In this document: one piece after another, positions 46,114 to 60,534 of the stretch
Numbering within the stretch: the first letter of the stretch is position 1
Layout of the letters: each line of letters begins with the position of its first letter
NCBI GenBank assembly: GCA_964016885.1
Contig: OZ024749.1
Coordinates: forward strand, 47,368,001-47,432,000
DNA length: 64,000 nt
From: Eledone cirrhosa
Taxonomy: Eukaryota
Direction of reading: 5' to 3'
Program-made: the position numbers and the translations under genes
The notes under the pieces: generated by a model
Seen by the model: the letters and a program-made list of their open reading frames with translations, nothing else
Database searches by the model: none
Told to the model about the DNA's origin: nothing

Positions 46114-46455
46114 AAAAAGGGATGAAATCGAAAATGCAACTGAAGTCTTATTTTTTTTTTAAATATATATATTTATTTGGTTCCTTTACCGGTTTCGCAG
46201 TTCTTCTGCTTTTCAAAAGGTGAGTTGAGATGGAGGGTCTGTGGTTTTTGAGAAAACCACAGACCCTCCATCTCAACTCACCTTTTGAAAAGCAGAAGAA
46301 CTGCGAAACCGGTAAAGGAACCAAATAAATATATATATTTTTAAAAAAAATAAGACTTCAGTTGCATTTTCGATTTCATCCCTTTTTCTTTATACTTCCA
46401 CTCGTGTAGGACACCTCGGTTATTTTTCATTTTGTAAAAAAAAACTCACTTTCTA
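46111..46455 (+). mobile_element. Family D fold-back element in (TA)n
   Basis: Near-perfect arms 46111-46248 / 46253-46390 with loop TGAG; ~60-nt tail. Confidence 0.9.
46281..46318 (+). ncRNA. minimal type I hammerhead ribozyme with U3-A8 core variant
   Basis: CCTT-TTGAAAA-GCAG aagaa CTGC-GAAA-CCGG-TA-AAGG; palindromic stem III ACCGGT; GUA site. Confidence 0.78.
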
Positions 46456-46577
46456 ATATATATATATATATATATGTTTCTGTATTTATCTCTCCCTCTC
46501 TCTCTATATATATTTCTCTCTCTCTATCTCTCTCTCTCTTTCTCTCTCTTCATATATATATATATATATATATATGT

Positions 46578-46672
46578 ATCCTTTTATCATTACGGAGGCG
46601 ATAAATAAACACCAGTAACGCACTGGGGTGGATTAGTCAACATTCCCTTTCCCGTTTAAATCTTTGGCCTTA
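46578..46672 (+). mobile_element. diverged SINE fragment (related subfamily)
   Basis: CGATAAATAAACACCAGTAACGCACTGGGG core-like sequence with a longer linker. Confidence 0.55.
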
Positions 46673-46730
46673 TTTTTAATAATTATTTTTATTTCTTGAA
46701 ACCTCTTTTGAATTCTGTTTCTTTACTAAA

Positions 46731-46920
46731 TAATTGTTTCTACTTTAGGCACAAGGCCAGCAATTGCCCAGTACATTACTGGTACTTTATTTTATCGACC
46801 CCGTAAGGATGAAAGGCAAAGTTAACCTCGGTGGGATTTGAACTCAGACTGTAAAGGGACGTAACTATGCTAGAAAGCATGGCGTCCAACCGTCTACCGA
46901 TACTGCCAATTCTCTGCCCT
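46731..46920 (-). mobile_element. SINE, full length, 14-bp TSD
   Basis: CTTTACTAAATAAT at 46721-34 and 46919-32. Confidence 0.93.
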
Positions 46921-46924
46921 TTAC

Positions 46925-47330
46925 TAAATAATGCTGAGTGTCCAACGGTTAGTTTTATTTTCTGTATCTCTTTCATAGATGTTATTTTTATTATTCCGGT
47001 TTGGTACTGGCCTTAAGATGGCAACATTTCTCAGCTTCAAATGATAGATCTTTATTATTAATGAGCATTCAAACCACATTCCAGGAGACGGATTGCTTAT
47101 ATCAGTTACAAAACATATTTATTTATTTCTGGCCCTTGAAAATTATACCAGGTCTGTTGTCCTTGATTGTTCTGTTAGTATCCACAGGAAAATCCTGTGA
47201 TGTTTTCAACTCCTGCTACTTTATCTGGATGATGGTTGTACCATTTTTCCTCCGTTTCAGACCCTAAAACCTGCACATTACCCAGTGTAAGTATTGTCCT
47301 CTCTTCTCTACCATGCCCTATTCCTGGGTA
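46925..47330 (-). mobile_element. R4/Dong-like non-LTR retrotransposon relic (restriction-like endonuclease region)
   Basis: Frameshifted translation QYLHWVMC..KWYNHHPDKV..DFPVDTNRTIKDNRPGII..KCFVTDISNP..KDLSFEAEK..HLK..EIQKI follows the R4/Dong C-terminal motif order; may extend to ~48080. Confidence 0.8.
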
Positions 47331-50300
47331 CGTAATAATAATAAGAATAGTTATTGTTATTATTCAGATGCTACTGAAAACGCATCGGGTTTTTTTTCCA
47401 AGTGTTGAGTCGCTTGTTCATTATAAATATTATAAATATTTGCCGATTCGTAAATGTAATTGTGTTCAGTTTTTACTCTTGAAATATATATAATTTCCAT
47501 GGCATAAGTGGCCTTTATCATATATCTGTATATATCCATCGATTTTTCTTTGATCCTGATGACAATAATATTTCTATGGGTGTTGCTTGCTTTAATTGCT
47601 GTATTACATTATATTTTTTGCTTGAATATTGCATTGTGTATGCTGGAATTTAACTGCTTGTATTTTCATTATTTTTCCTTTGTTACCCGGTTATGCTCAT
47701 ATAGCTGTTTGTACTCTTTATATCTTTTCATTCAACTCAGTTTTATCTTAAGATCTTCCAACTATACACATGGATGATAGTTTGGTGCACTTTTATCGAT
47801 ATTGCTATCGATGTCGATGGTAATATCGAATTTTATCTTATTGTTTTCTTGCTTGTATATCCAATTGTTATATATGTTCCACGCAATAATCATTTTGTTG
47901 GATGTTCCCCCTAAAATTATTCAGGGATCATTGGTACTTTTTTTCTTCCCTCAATCCTAACCTTCGTGGTTTTGATCTTCTGATCTTCTGTATTTTAAAT
48001 TTCCCGTTAACGTTAGTAGCTTCAATAATAAATAAGAATATAATTCGTGGTTTGAAGATATTTATTATCCGTTGCATGGTATAGCTTCCCTATATATATG
48101 CATATGGAATTTATTTGTTTTATTATCCGAGCATCGGTTACTTCAATCTATAGAAATGTGGAGAATTTAATATAAAAATGCGTTCTAAAAACAATAGATA
48201 GTGTTTCCCTTTGAGTATCTGGAAGCGAATATATACACGCATCTTCGTTTGATATGCACAATAGCACACATGATTAAACGCGTATCCACATAAATACACA
48301 AACATATTTGTTTAAATAATTGTTTGCACATTTATTCATATTAACAGAAACTGACAAGCAAACACAATTCATGTAACTTTTCTCTCCAGTTTGACATAGC
48401 TTACATCTATTTTCAAACTGATACTTGACCATGCATCTTTATATGCAGACAATGCCGATAGAAATATGGATTCAAGCCTAAACAAAAAAGATGTTATATG
48501 AAAAATAATAAAATACCAAATGTCACGTGGTATAGTATCGAATAAATTAGGTTTTATAGCTGCTGCCTCACACAAATATGAAACTCATGATACAGAATGC
48601 TAGAAGTATTAACATCATCTATTAAAACGCAGTGTACTAGCTTTGACCTGACCATGGCAGATAACACAATCTAAAGGACAAAAAAGAGCTAAATAAAAAT
48701 TGCATCATAAATATTGGTTTTTGCTTGTCAGTAAATCTATATTTATAATATATTGATTTTGAATTAGATCTGACCATGGCTATGCAATACTAGGAATACA
48801 TTCGGCAATTATGTAGCGTTCATTAGACAAATATCAAATTATCAACCAGTCTTCTCTCGTAATCCATATATCATTGCAAGCACATCGTAATCATTCGAAA
48901 TCCTAACTACCTTAATCTATCGTGCGTTAAACATATTACATTTAAAACAAATTGGTTTATCATGCTTTCTTATATATATTAGTGATTCAACACTAACACG
49001 TATTGTCATCTGCCTCTTCTCTACAGTACGGGGATCAGCATTGTCATAGCAAATTTGACAAGGCTACGTTATCACTGTAAGTGGTAGGAATTGAAGCGAA
49101 ATGTCTTAAATCACATATTTCACCATCAGTTTCAAACTGAAAAGCAATATATAACTGTATTGCATTATATATTAAATAAGATTTCCTTTAGGGGGAACAA
49201 TGATAGGTAGTTTCAAGAAATAATAAATCCCTTAACCCAGCCTCAATATCTACGCATACGTTATACATTTTGTTTCATGTTTAAACCAGTCCCTATGTAC
49301 AAGAATATCTATCAACGCATTTCGTTGTTGTACATTTAATAGCACATCGCATCCAGTACTTCAAATAACATTTTTATTTCACCCCATGCTCGTTTAACCA
49401 TACAACTACAATTTCAAACGAAAACGCACCGAAGAAACCATCTGTACTTCTCTAAAGGAACTTTCGTAAATTGTGTGTATGCGGTTTGTGGATGCATTAG
49501 CAGTCATAAAAACCTCTCTATTTCAAGAAGCTTCGATCACCTGTTTATTACTGATTTCTGTGTGTTTGTATTTAAGGTTCGTAGATACATAAAGTCATGT
49601 AATTATTGTAGGAAAAGAAAATTGTAAAAGTAATTGCATAATATGTTATTTAGATACAACACATACGATCAAAGATCGGATTGTATATAACAGGATATTT
49701 TCAAGAGAAATTGCTATGGTCATCTGAGAAGAAATAAAAATGATGTGGGCTAATTTACCTATTATTTAAATACCGATTCCAGCAATTGTCGATTTGGAAC
49801 ATATGAGAAAGGAGGTGCTACTTAATTTCAACTCCAACGTTGTATTCGTATCAATACTGCTTCATTAATTATTTCATATGAGGAATTTGTTAAATGTTCC
49901 TCTACGTGGACTCTGTCATTTTAATAATGTTTTATCTTCGTTAATAATGAATATTAATAATAGGGTTGATGAACCATGATTCGGAATTTTAATGCATGTT
50001 TATTATTCATTTGAATTATGTCGTACTCACTTGCAATTAGTTGTGAGAATTCTACATTATTCTTCGAGAATGTTCTAATGCTCCGTAGTAATGGGAAATA
50101 TAGTTTGAAATAATGGGATACACGATAGAAATCATCATGTAAACACCTGATTTCCATACAAATATATTTGCATCATAATTCTTTTGGTTTCACAAATCAT
50201 TATTTCGGTTCCGTACCATTACAGTAAATGCTCATAATCATATTGTTAGAAAGAAGTATGATTGATGTACGTTGTTTCTCGTCAATTGTTGAAATGGTTA

Positions 50301-50384
50301 ATTTACATGACACTATGGCACTGTTTTTAATCTAAGGGATACATACATATATAAGGCATATCATTCTAGCTGGCATTATTCTAT

Positions 50385-50494
50385 CCGGCCGAATATAACT
50401 TTGCCTTTCATCCTTACGGGGTCGTCGATAAAATAAAGTACCACTAATACAGTGGGTAATTGCTGGCCTTGTGCCAACAGTAGAAACACTTATT
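50385..50494 (+). mobile_element. SINE, 5'-truncated
   Basis: core and tail. Confidence 0.9.
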
Positions 50495-51416
50495 ATATAT
50501 AGTATTGATCAATTGACCAAGTCATTATACTAGGTTTCCGGAATCTATGTTTTTCGCCACTATATGAAAACAAGTTTGAATAGGATGTCAATGCTGAACC
50601 CTGACTGTAATACAACAGACTATATCTTCGAAATAAATCAGGGGACACAGACAAGACTGTACTGCAAAAGGGAAGCAAATCACTGTCAACCCCATACACC
50701 ACTTTCCAACCTCAGACATACCACAATTGCTAATCCGGAGAATGACATACGTCATCATGCTTCAGTACAACTGTGTCTGAATCATAGAGCTGCTGTAATA
50801 ACACATGCATGGAATGCAAAGCCATTGAGTAGATGTCCATGCACCGATATATTTAATTCAACTACCTGCGCTCTGGCGATATATATCCTCTGAGGATTAT
50901 CCAATATATATATATCCACTTAAATAATCATCGTTCTATAACTATCATCTCCAGCAAAATTGAATATCTAAAAATGAAACATCATCAAACATGGCAAACT
51001 TGTCATTATCAATTATTGCAACGAGAAGCTATACTGATTAATGATTTTATTAACCTGATATATACTACGTAAATATAGATCCACACAACAGAAAGAAATA
51101 TATACTAAGTATTCTTCCGAATCATTTAGTTACTAGTTAGAGTCCACGCAAGTGCCATTAACCTAGTCTTTGGTCAATAGAAAACGTTTCAGTGAAATAG
51201 AGTTCGTATCATCTCCATGCAATATATATCTTAATAAAATTGCCTGGCTTGTCACTTACTGATTTGAGGTGGATTTAAGTGATAAACAGTTGACGTGAAC
51301 ACACGTATGAAGTGATCAACCACCCACTCTGTAGATAGTGGGAAGGTTGTTCCATTAAATGAATTGCTGAACTACATCCCATTGAACATGTCGAGTGATT
51401 ATGGCGACATCTGCAA

Positions 51417-51478
<62 letters not shown>

Positions 51479-53130
51479 TTATTATTTTTATCCTTTACGC
51501 TTTTTCCTACATTCTTCTACATGCTACACATCTCAATGTACACTCATTTACATCTCCCTATCTCTCTCTCCACCACCGGATATTGTTAACCGGAGATTTA
51601 CCCATCTGCATTGTCGAGGCTTCCAAAACGACTTAAAAAAATATGCCTTAGTATTCCACAATGCTTCAAGCAAACTTCAATAATCTCTTATATATATATA
51701 TTTTTTTTTTTTTCTTACAAAATATCATTCGAATACTACTAACACTTATTGAATACATTATAAATGAATGTGATTGTGTGTGTTTCTATTGGATATAGTG
51801 AAAGGGTGAGAACGAGATCATGTTTGAGTATAGTATTTGGCGTTGAGCCAATTGAAGAAATTATAAATGTTTACTAAGTCGAACACGCTATATGCTACCA
51901 TACCAACAAGTCAACCTATTAGTAACTTAAACATGCTTATGTAATTGAAGGATACAAATATTATTTTCTTTCCATTTTGTATATTTTTCAAACATACGCA
52001 CACAGGAGACTTCAATGCACGTAAAATCAGGAAATAAAAGTAAAACATATAAAAGAAGGTGTGTGCACTAAGAAAAAATTAATGATATTTGAGTCAGTTC
52101 AGTCACCTGATGTTGCAAGGAAGAAATCCAATTAATAGTTTGCTTACGTAGCTGATGATGAAGTGACTTGATTGGAGTTAAGAATGATGAAGAAATAGCA
52201 AAATTTAGCCATGTGAACAACAGCGTTTCCTTTATTTTGTTGTTTACTTGAGAGAAAGAACATGCCAACAGTGGAAATTAACTTTCTCTCAAACTTAATT
52301 ATGTATTTCATGTATTTAGAAACAGGTGCTTTTTCATCAATACATGATGAAACAATTACCAAATTTCAGTAAACGTGTGTAGATGGAGATATAAATACGA
52401 AGTGTAAATAATTTCAAAATATTTGCGATAACATTTAATATATATATTACATAAAAAGTCCTGCTCGTAGATTTTAATATCCGAAGAGCTATACGATGCA
52501 TAAAAAGAAAAACATGATTACGTTTTGTCATTAGATACATTAAGGAACGATATGTGTGCACAATCTTGTGATGTAATTGGCGTTAAGACAACGTGCATAT
52601 ACTCAAGGGGTTTATAAGAAACCAACTAATTAAAATATACGTTTAGATTATACTATGCTCGCCAGATTTAATATATATCAGAACAAATGTTTAGCTAACC
52701 ATTTCCATCGCGCTCTACGAACTAAGTTAACGCTCACCATTGAAACGTAAAAGAAACCACTACATGCATTATCTTGTTATACATATTTAAGTTGCAAATC
52801 TTTTACTGTGTTGAACGTCACATTCCTTCATCGACGAGAGTGGCTGGAATCAAATGGTGTCGGTCGATTGATTATTGATTAAGCGAAACCAACTGATGAA
52901 GCCACGTGCATCGATTTTGCATTATCGCATAATAAATGCAGTAAGTATATCGCTGCTTGAATGTGGCTCAAGCTCGAGTACGGGTATATATTGAAGGTAC
53001 ACATTTACGTGTGTTGTATTAAAGCGAATAACTATGTGTCTACACTGGAAGTTTACATAACATTACCTATTGTATACGCTGAGATGCAACCGGTAGTAGC
53101 AGTCACATCCATGCTAGACATATATATATA

Positions 53131-53635
53131 TAAGTTATAACGATGAAATAAAAACATGAAGTCATTAGATATATACTTCACTGTTTTACGATCGTTTCTA
53201 GATGAAGATAATACATTGTAGTTATACTTCGTAATTGATCTATGTAAGGTTAGTTATAACATATCAGATTAAGAGACTATTTACTTACATGCATATCACC
53301 AGCTGTTTTCAAAAGCAATTGTTTGAAAACAGCTGGTGATATGCATGCAAGTAAATATGCTCTTTATCTGATATTTTCTAACTAACCTTACAAGATCAAT
53401 AACGAAGTATAGCTACAATGTATTATCATCATCTAGAAACGATCGTAAAGAAGTGAAGTATACCTCTAATGACTTGATTTTCTATTTCATTGTTTTAGGT
53501 TATATCATGACTCTGTTTTCCTTTTAATGTTTTATTGTTTTCCGGGATTAATCTTAACCTACAACACTTTCAATATAGGGATTACATTGAGTTATTCATG
53601 CAGAATAGACCCCACAACTTACCGTGGATATCTCC

Positions 53636-53637
<2 letters not shown>
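53131..53637 (+). mobile_element. Family F older fold-back element, TA-flanked
   Basis: Diverged arms ~53131-53313 / 53322-53502; GAAA-CGATCG-TA hammerhead 3' half at 53436-47; ~135-nt tail with TTGAGT. Confidence 0.78.
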
Positions 53638-53710
<73 letters not shown>

Positions 53711-53750
53711 TATTTGCGAGTTTTTTATATGAAATCGTGTGTCGAAACAA

Positions 53751-54653
53751 ATATTGTTATACTTGGGGAGAGTCATATTTGTGTAATATTGCCAGAATTA
53801 ATAACAGAACACACTCGCTGTTTGGTTGGTTTTCGCTTATCGCTTCTCTGTTTTTTATATCGGCAATCTAATTTATTCGGTCCTCAATGTTGCCATTGAC
53901 TAACGAACGGTCAAAAATAATACAGATACAGTATAGATACACACACATATATATAGTTTATCAAAGTTTTTTCGTTGCACATCTGCAACATCGTCAGGGG
54001 TGCTATCGTTTCCTCCCGTTACATTGTATTTTCTACGCCATCTTTATTTAGTCTGTTTATATATTTATTTATTTGTTTATTTTATTATGTCTTCTTTGCG
54101 CATGCGTTTGCTTGTGTGTGTAATGTCTTGTTTGATGTGTGTTCGTGATTGGGTGACTCTGTATTGGTTAATGTATTCTATATTTACTAGTGTGTGTTTA
54201 TATGTGTTTGTTGTTATTGTGCTTGTGTATGTATTTATTTATTTATCTATTTATTTATACTTCTCTTAGGTCAATTTTGTTTGTTTGGGTGTTGTTGTTA
54301 TTCCATTCGTTCTTTCTCTTTAGCCTTGGCCTTCTAAGTTATATTTCACTGGCTTCTCTGATTTGCCTATCTGCAGGGTCATTTCTATGTTTAGATATTA
54401 TTCTAATTTCTATGTCGTCTATGTTACCGCTGTGTTGTTCTCTGGCATGTTCGTATAGTACTCACCCGTTTTTTCGTCCTTTTAGTTCCTCCCGTTGGTC
54501 ACACAATGGCAACATTGAGGACCGAATAAATTAGATTGCCGATATAAAAGACACAGGAGCGAAAATCGAAAACCAACCAGACAGTGAGTGTGTACTGTTA
54601 TTAATTCTCGCAATATTACACAAATATGACCCCCCCCCCCAATATAACAATAT
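53751..54653 (-). mobile_element. Family G Penelope-like element 3' end with 5' inverted segment
   Basis: Minus strand reads GIY-YIG C-terminus, stop, 3' UTR with CTGACGA..GAAA core, tail; 54503-54653 is an inverted copy of 53751-53898. Confidence 0.8.
54255..54500 (-). pseudogene. GIY-YIG endonuclease C-terminal remnant of a Penelope-like element
   Basis: DQREELKGRKNG*VLYEHAREQHSGNIDDIEIRIISKHRNDPADRQIREASEI*LRRPRLKRKNEWNNN..*; HxxxxH and RxxxExxxI....PxL(N)xKxEW pattern; two in-frame stops. Confidence 0.72.
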
Positions 54654-54682
54654 ATATAAATCTCTCTCTCTCTCTCTCGCTA

Positions 54683-54757
<75 letters not shown>

Positions 54758-54898
54758 ATACTATTTCATTCTAATACCATTATACATTTTAAAGGACTGT
54801 AAATAAAGCGAGTAAATCAGACACGTTGGAATTCCTTTTGTTAATAAAATCTTCTATACACAATCATACACACCCGTGTATATTTATCTATCTATATC

Positions 54899-55158
<260 letters not shown>

Positions 55159-55241
55159 ATTATAAAATCAAGATATAATTCACTGCTTTACCATTGTTTA
55201 TATATATATACACACACACACACATACACACACACACACAT

Positions 55242-55302
<61 letters not shown>

Positions 55303-57469
55303 GTGTGTGTGTGTTTTGTTTGTATGTACGTATTTGCTTCTAAAACGTGATGTATAAAAAGCATTCCTCTTAATAGACTTTAGATATTTATTTTTAATAA
55401 TCATTGAACTTGAATCGTTTTGATGATTTAATTCATATATACTTTTCTTCAAATAGGTAATTTTAACTTGCAGAGTTCACCTATGTATATTTTTTATAGT
55501 TATCATTTCATCTCTTACATTTCCGTTTTGTGTTATTATTCATTTTACTCTCTTACTAACATGATCATTAACTATGATATATTTCAATACTATTCTTTTA
55601 AGTTATTCGAAACAAAAAATATATATATTGATCCAAATTCTTTAGAAGACTTTTCTTAATATTTTATTTTATTTTTACTAAAACTATATTTCTACATTAC
55701 ATTTTGTTCATCCTCCTAAGTGCATTTATATTTACATGTGATGTAATTTTTCTGTAGATGTTGTACACATCTTTTCTATGTTTGCTTGGTTTTGCTTTTA
55801 TTTAAGTTCCATATATTTTCGTTCCCATGACTCCAATTGATTTTGATATGCCGATTACCGTCTTGTTTTTTTTATGAAATTCTCCATTGCTTTTTCATTT
55901 TATATTTCTTTATCTGCTTCTTTATCTCTCCTTCTATGATTACATAAAATAGCTTCTCGATAACATAATTTAGTTGTCACAAAGATTTATCAGATTTTTG
56001 CCGTTCAAATTTGTTTTAATTTTATTTAAAACAAAAGAAATGGCTTTTGTAACAAAATACTTTTCTGTGTTCATACACACATACGCATTATGAAATCTTC
56101 CAAGGTACATATATATCGAAGCAGTACTCTACTAATAAGACGATGAAGCCATCACTTAAGTCTATTATTCATCAGCAGTGGCTTTGGATGATGATTTATA
56201 AATGCAGAACTCTCAGTAGAATAATTTAGAAAGACAATTGAATCAAGCATAATCATTAAACATATGTAAATAATAAACTTACTGCAGTCAATAATTAGTT
56301 GCGGTCAACCATTAAGACAATGTAAGGATTTCAATGTCTTACGGCCTATATATTATTGTACATATATGAATTCAATTGACTATTAAATATCTACCTTTTT
56401 CGTATAGTTGTATATATTGATCTATGTGTAATGTAAAATTACATATATATTACGTATCGTATATTGCTACATCTGATTATCTACACACATCTGAATTATT
56501 TACTTTCCTTGACGAGTTTGTTCCTCATTAGATCTGGCTTTAGATATGTTTCTTCTTTAAAAACTAAACTGTTTCAATAATGCATTCGTGCTGTCGTTCT
56601 ATATAATTTCAGTAGATTTCATAGTCATTTAATTTGAATTCAATCATCCACGTGAATCCCTAGGCCTTCTTGTAGCTTGTCATTTTAAATATTAGCAAGC
56701 TACATCTGCAACATGACATTCGTACTTGAATATCGCTTCCTCATGAGTAGAATACCTCTGCACAATAAGGTACTATTTAAAATGCATTATATTTCGTCCG
56801 CTTAAAGCATTAAAAATTATGATTTAATCAAAACACGTTAGTCTGTTTGGATGGTGATTCATATTTTAGAAAACATATTAGTAGACTATATGTCGAGTAT
56901 TTAAACGTATTTATACTATTAAACCAGTGAAAGATATATCGGAACATATGGAAACTTTTATGGAACTCTAATTATGTACAAACATTGGATTTTTCACTGA
57001 GCCATGTGAATTGCTGGAAAGCTGTTTTAAATTATATTAATATAAATTATATTAACCTAATTGAGGTATAATATTTTGTTAACTGAAATGCAGGTGTGAA
57101 CTGCATTTTCAGTCTCGCACTGTCTTTATAAAAATATATATATGCATACATATTCAAGCACTGATACTACTGATACGGGTGCACGCACACACATACACAT
57201 ACATACATACACACACACACCTATACACCCACTCACACACACACATACACATGCATATACACACACACACACACACACTCACACAAACACATACAACATG
57301 AACAGAGACACATACTAGTTTCGTGATTTGTTGTCGAATATACGATGCCCTCACTTTTGTGTATGTTAATGTTAAACACACATTTTTACAGTCCACCACT
57401 GAGAACGTCTCTAGCACTGGGTGTGTCAGCCTGTGTCGTATAACTATCAATCTGTCACTCTATCTCTGC

Positions 57470-57504
57470 CTGTCTCTATGCCTGTATGTCTTCGTCTCTC
57501 TCTC

Positions 57505-57535
<31 letters not shown>

Positions 57536-57540
57536 TTCTA

Positions 57541-57581
<41 letters not shown>

Positions 57582-57620
57582 TTCTCTCTCTATCTCTCTC
57601 TCTCTCTATCTCTCTCCCTC
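57470..57620. repeat. (CT)n microsatellite
   Basis: direct reading. Confidence 0.93.
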
Positions 57621-58249
57621 ACTCCCTGGGGATAGAGAGATATTTATAGACATACTTCAACACATACACACACGGCCAACAAGTATGGTTCCTGTACCTT
57701 GCTAGGTTTAGTAGCTCTAGCGCGTACTTTTACAATAGACCTTAGTAAAGAATAAAGAAACAAAATGTTATGTTTAACCACAGTCAAATTAAACAACAAA
57801 CAGACACAAGCTTTCAATAATTTATACCTATTTCATCTGTGTCTATCATACATCCTGGAACTAATAAATACAGGAAATTCATACTGAAACAAAAGGTTCG
57901 TGTGTGTATATGTGTGTGTGTACAAGAATATGTGCGATGTGGGTAATATGTATATGGTTGGTGTGTATGACAGTGTGTTCCTAATGAATAGATAGATGCC
58001 TCTAAGCTGTCCAAATATGTGTTTGTTTATTCTTTTCCAACCAGTCTGTAATGGTATATTGTGTGTGTGTGTGACATGAAGTTTATGTGACACCTTTTTT
58101 TCAACATTAAACTTAATTGACAGTTGATTAGTGACAGTTGTAATGGAAATTACAATGCTCTCTTGAGAATGTATTAGTTTGAATCCGAAAATTTATCGGG
58201 GAAAGTAATATTAATGGCAGATAATATATTGTGTTTGTGTCCATGTGTA

Positions 58250-58271
58250 ATATATATATATATATATAGAT

Positions 58272-58330
<59 letters not shown>

Positions 58331-58336
58331 AGAAAG

Positions 58337-58426
<90 letters not shown>

Positions 58427-58445
58427 TATATATAGAGAGAGAGAC
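58250..58445. repeat. (TA)n(GA)n microsatellite
   Basis: direct reading. Confidence 0.95.
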
Positions 58446-58776
58446 TGACTCTATGCGGTTTGAGATCAGGTGGGTGTGGAATTCAATAAAGTATCGTTAT
58501 TTACAAAACGAAAGTATATGATATTAAACGTTACACTATGCTATGACACGTCATATTTTTTAGTAAATAGGAATTGCCAACATAAACAGAATATATATAT
58601 ATAAGTTAATATTATAGATGACATTTCATATTAATTAAATATCAATGATTACGTACATATAGTTTTACAACCATAGGAGTCATAGCTTCAATGCGTTGCT
58701 GCTAACATGCCCTATATATATACATCTACTTAACAACCGAAAGTATAGTATATTTATATATATATATATATACATA

Positions 58777-59252
58777 TACGATATTAAATAAATGGAAACT
58801 ATATTTATAAAACCATATTTATTTCATTATATATATTTCAGGGATATCATATTAACAATATGTTATGCCTTCTTCAGACAAAATACAATATAGACAGTTT
58901 TATAGATAAATAGATTTGACATACCGTTCAACATCGACTTGTATTTGAAAAAGTTGATTTGACTTTTTCAAATACTTTTTCAAATACTTTTTCAAATACA
59001 AGTCGATGTTGAACGGTATGTCAAATCTATTTATTTATAAAACTGTCTATATTGTATTTTGTCTGAAGAAGGCATAACATATTGTTAATATGATATCCCT
59101 GAAATATATATAATGAAATAAATATGGTTTTATAAATATAGTTTCCATTTATTTAATATCGTAAATATACTCCAAATACTTGTTGAGTGCTTTTATAACA
59201 GTTATAAATATTTACTAGTTGTAACCCAACAATTTAAATATAACTTTCCATG
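58777..59252 (+). mobile_element. Family H fold-back element in (TA)n
   Basis: Near-perfect arms ~58777-58955 / ~58986-59163; apex has a triplicated ACTTTTTCAAAT; ~89-nt tail with TTGAGTGC. Confidence 0.9.
59056..59119 (+). ncRNA. minimal type I hammerhead ribozyme
   Basis: ATTTTGT-CTGAAGA-AGG..CCT-GAAA-TATATA-TA-ATGAAAT; palindromic stem III; AUA site. Confidence 0.78.
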
Positions 59253-60311
59253 TATATATATATATATATATATATATATGACACATATTCAGTAACATAT
59301 CCATAGTTGCACATAGAAACTATTGCGATGGAAACATTATTTCTACTACAGTTCGGCTAGGTTTTCTTTCCTCTTCTCTCGGGGAGCGCAATAAATCAAC
59401 GTAAGGTATTTTGTAGTCGTATCGGTTCCTGGTTCCCTATTTAACAATACATATGATAATTGTTTTTAAAGACATTTGTGTAAGAGTGAGTAGCCAATTA
59501 ACGCAGCACCTAAACATTAATTGAATACAATTTTGTTTGCCTTTGTGGAGTTCGAACACAGAATGTTACTTGTCGGATCACATATGATTTAAACTATTCT
59601 GAGAATCCACACTTTATAATATTTCCTGCTTTAACGTTATATTAATTAGACAGCCCCTGTTGCTAAATGATATTTTCTGACACTACGTTATGCTGTTTCC
59701 AAATAGGAAATATGTTAAAAAAATCCAATGTAAATATTTATTTCACTGTCTCCTGGCTTCGGGCTGGAATCAAGTTATAACAAATGTGGTTTTCAAATGG
59801 TTAGAATTTACTATAAAATAAAAATATATTAATTGGACATGTCTGGGATTAAACCTAAAGTGGCGCAAGTGTTGATAATATTGATCATATTGAGAAAACA
59901 TTACACCAAATGGCAGTTGTTTAATAAATATATATTTTAAATGGAATCCAAAATGAAAGAGACATTCTGATGTAGAATTATGTTATATGGTTTACGATAT
60001 TGATCCACCACACGATGGAAAACAGGTACATTTCCTTTAAACGAACGTTGTTTTCAGAATGATTACGTTGCCATTTAATGGGATGAAATTAGGTTGGTGT
60101 TGGCCTTTGATGCTGCTTGTAGAAAGCGATATTTTTGAAATTTTTTTTTACTATCAATTATTGTCAGTTAAGTTATTGACAATGTTCAAGGTGATGTTGT
60201 GTATATTGTTTTATGTTATAATAGCTGCTTCATTTCTATACATTTTCGATGTTATTTCCATACTGTGCATTTCACAGTCAGATGACCTCATTATAAATTT
60301 GGAAGTATGTA

Positions 60312-60506
60312 GGGCGGTGGATTGGCAGTATCAGCAGAGGGTCGGACGCCATGCTTTTCAGCACAGAGTTACGAACCTTTAAGCTCTGAGTTCAAATCCC
60401 ACCGAGGTTAACTTTGCCTTTCATCCTTACCGGGTAGATAAAAATAAAGTAACAGTAATGCACTGGGATAATTGCTGGCCTTGTGCCAAATGTAGAAACA
60501 ATTATT
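60312..60506 (+). mobile_element. SINE, full length
   Basis: head, B box, core, tail. Confidence 0.93.
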
Positions 60507-60534
60507 AAATTGTTGAATGTATTTATTGTTTTAT

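Noticed and set aside
50564-50893. 109-aa ORF, faintly CR1-like ending (AWNAKP)
   Set aside because: Similarity too weak to assign without a search
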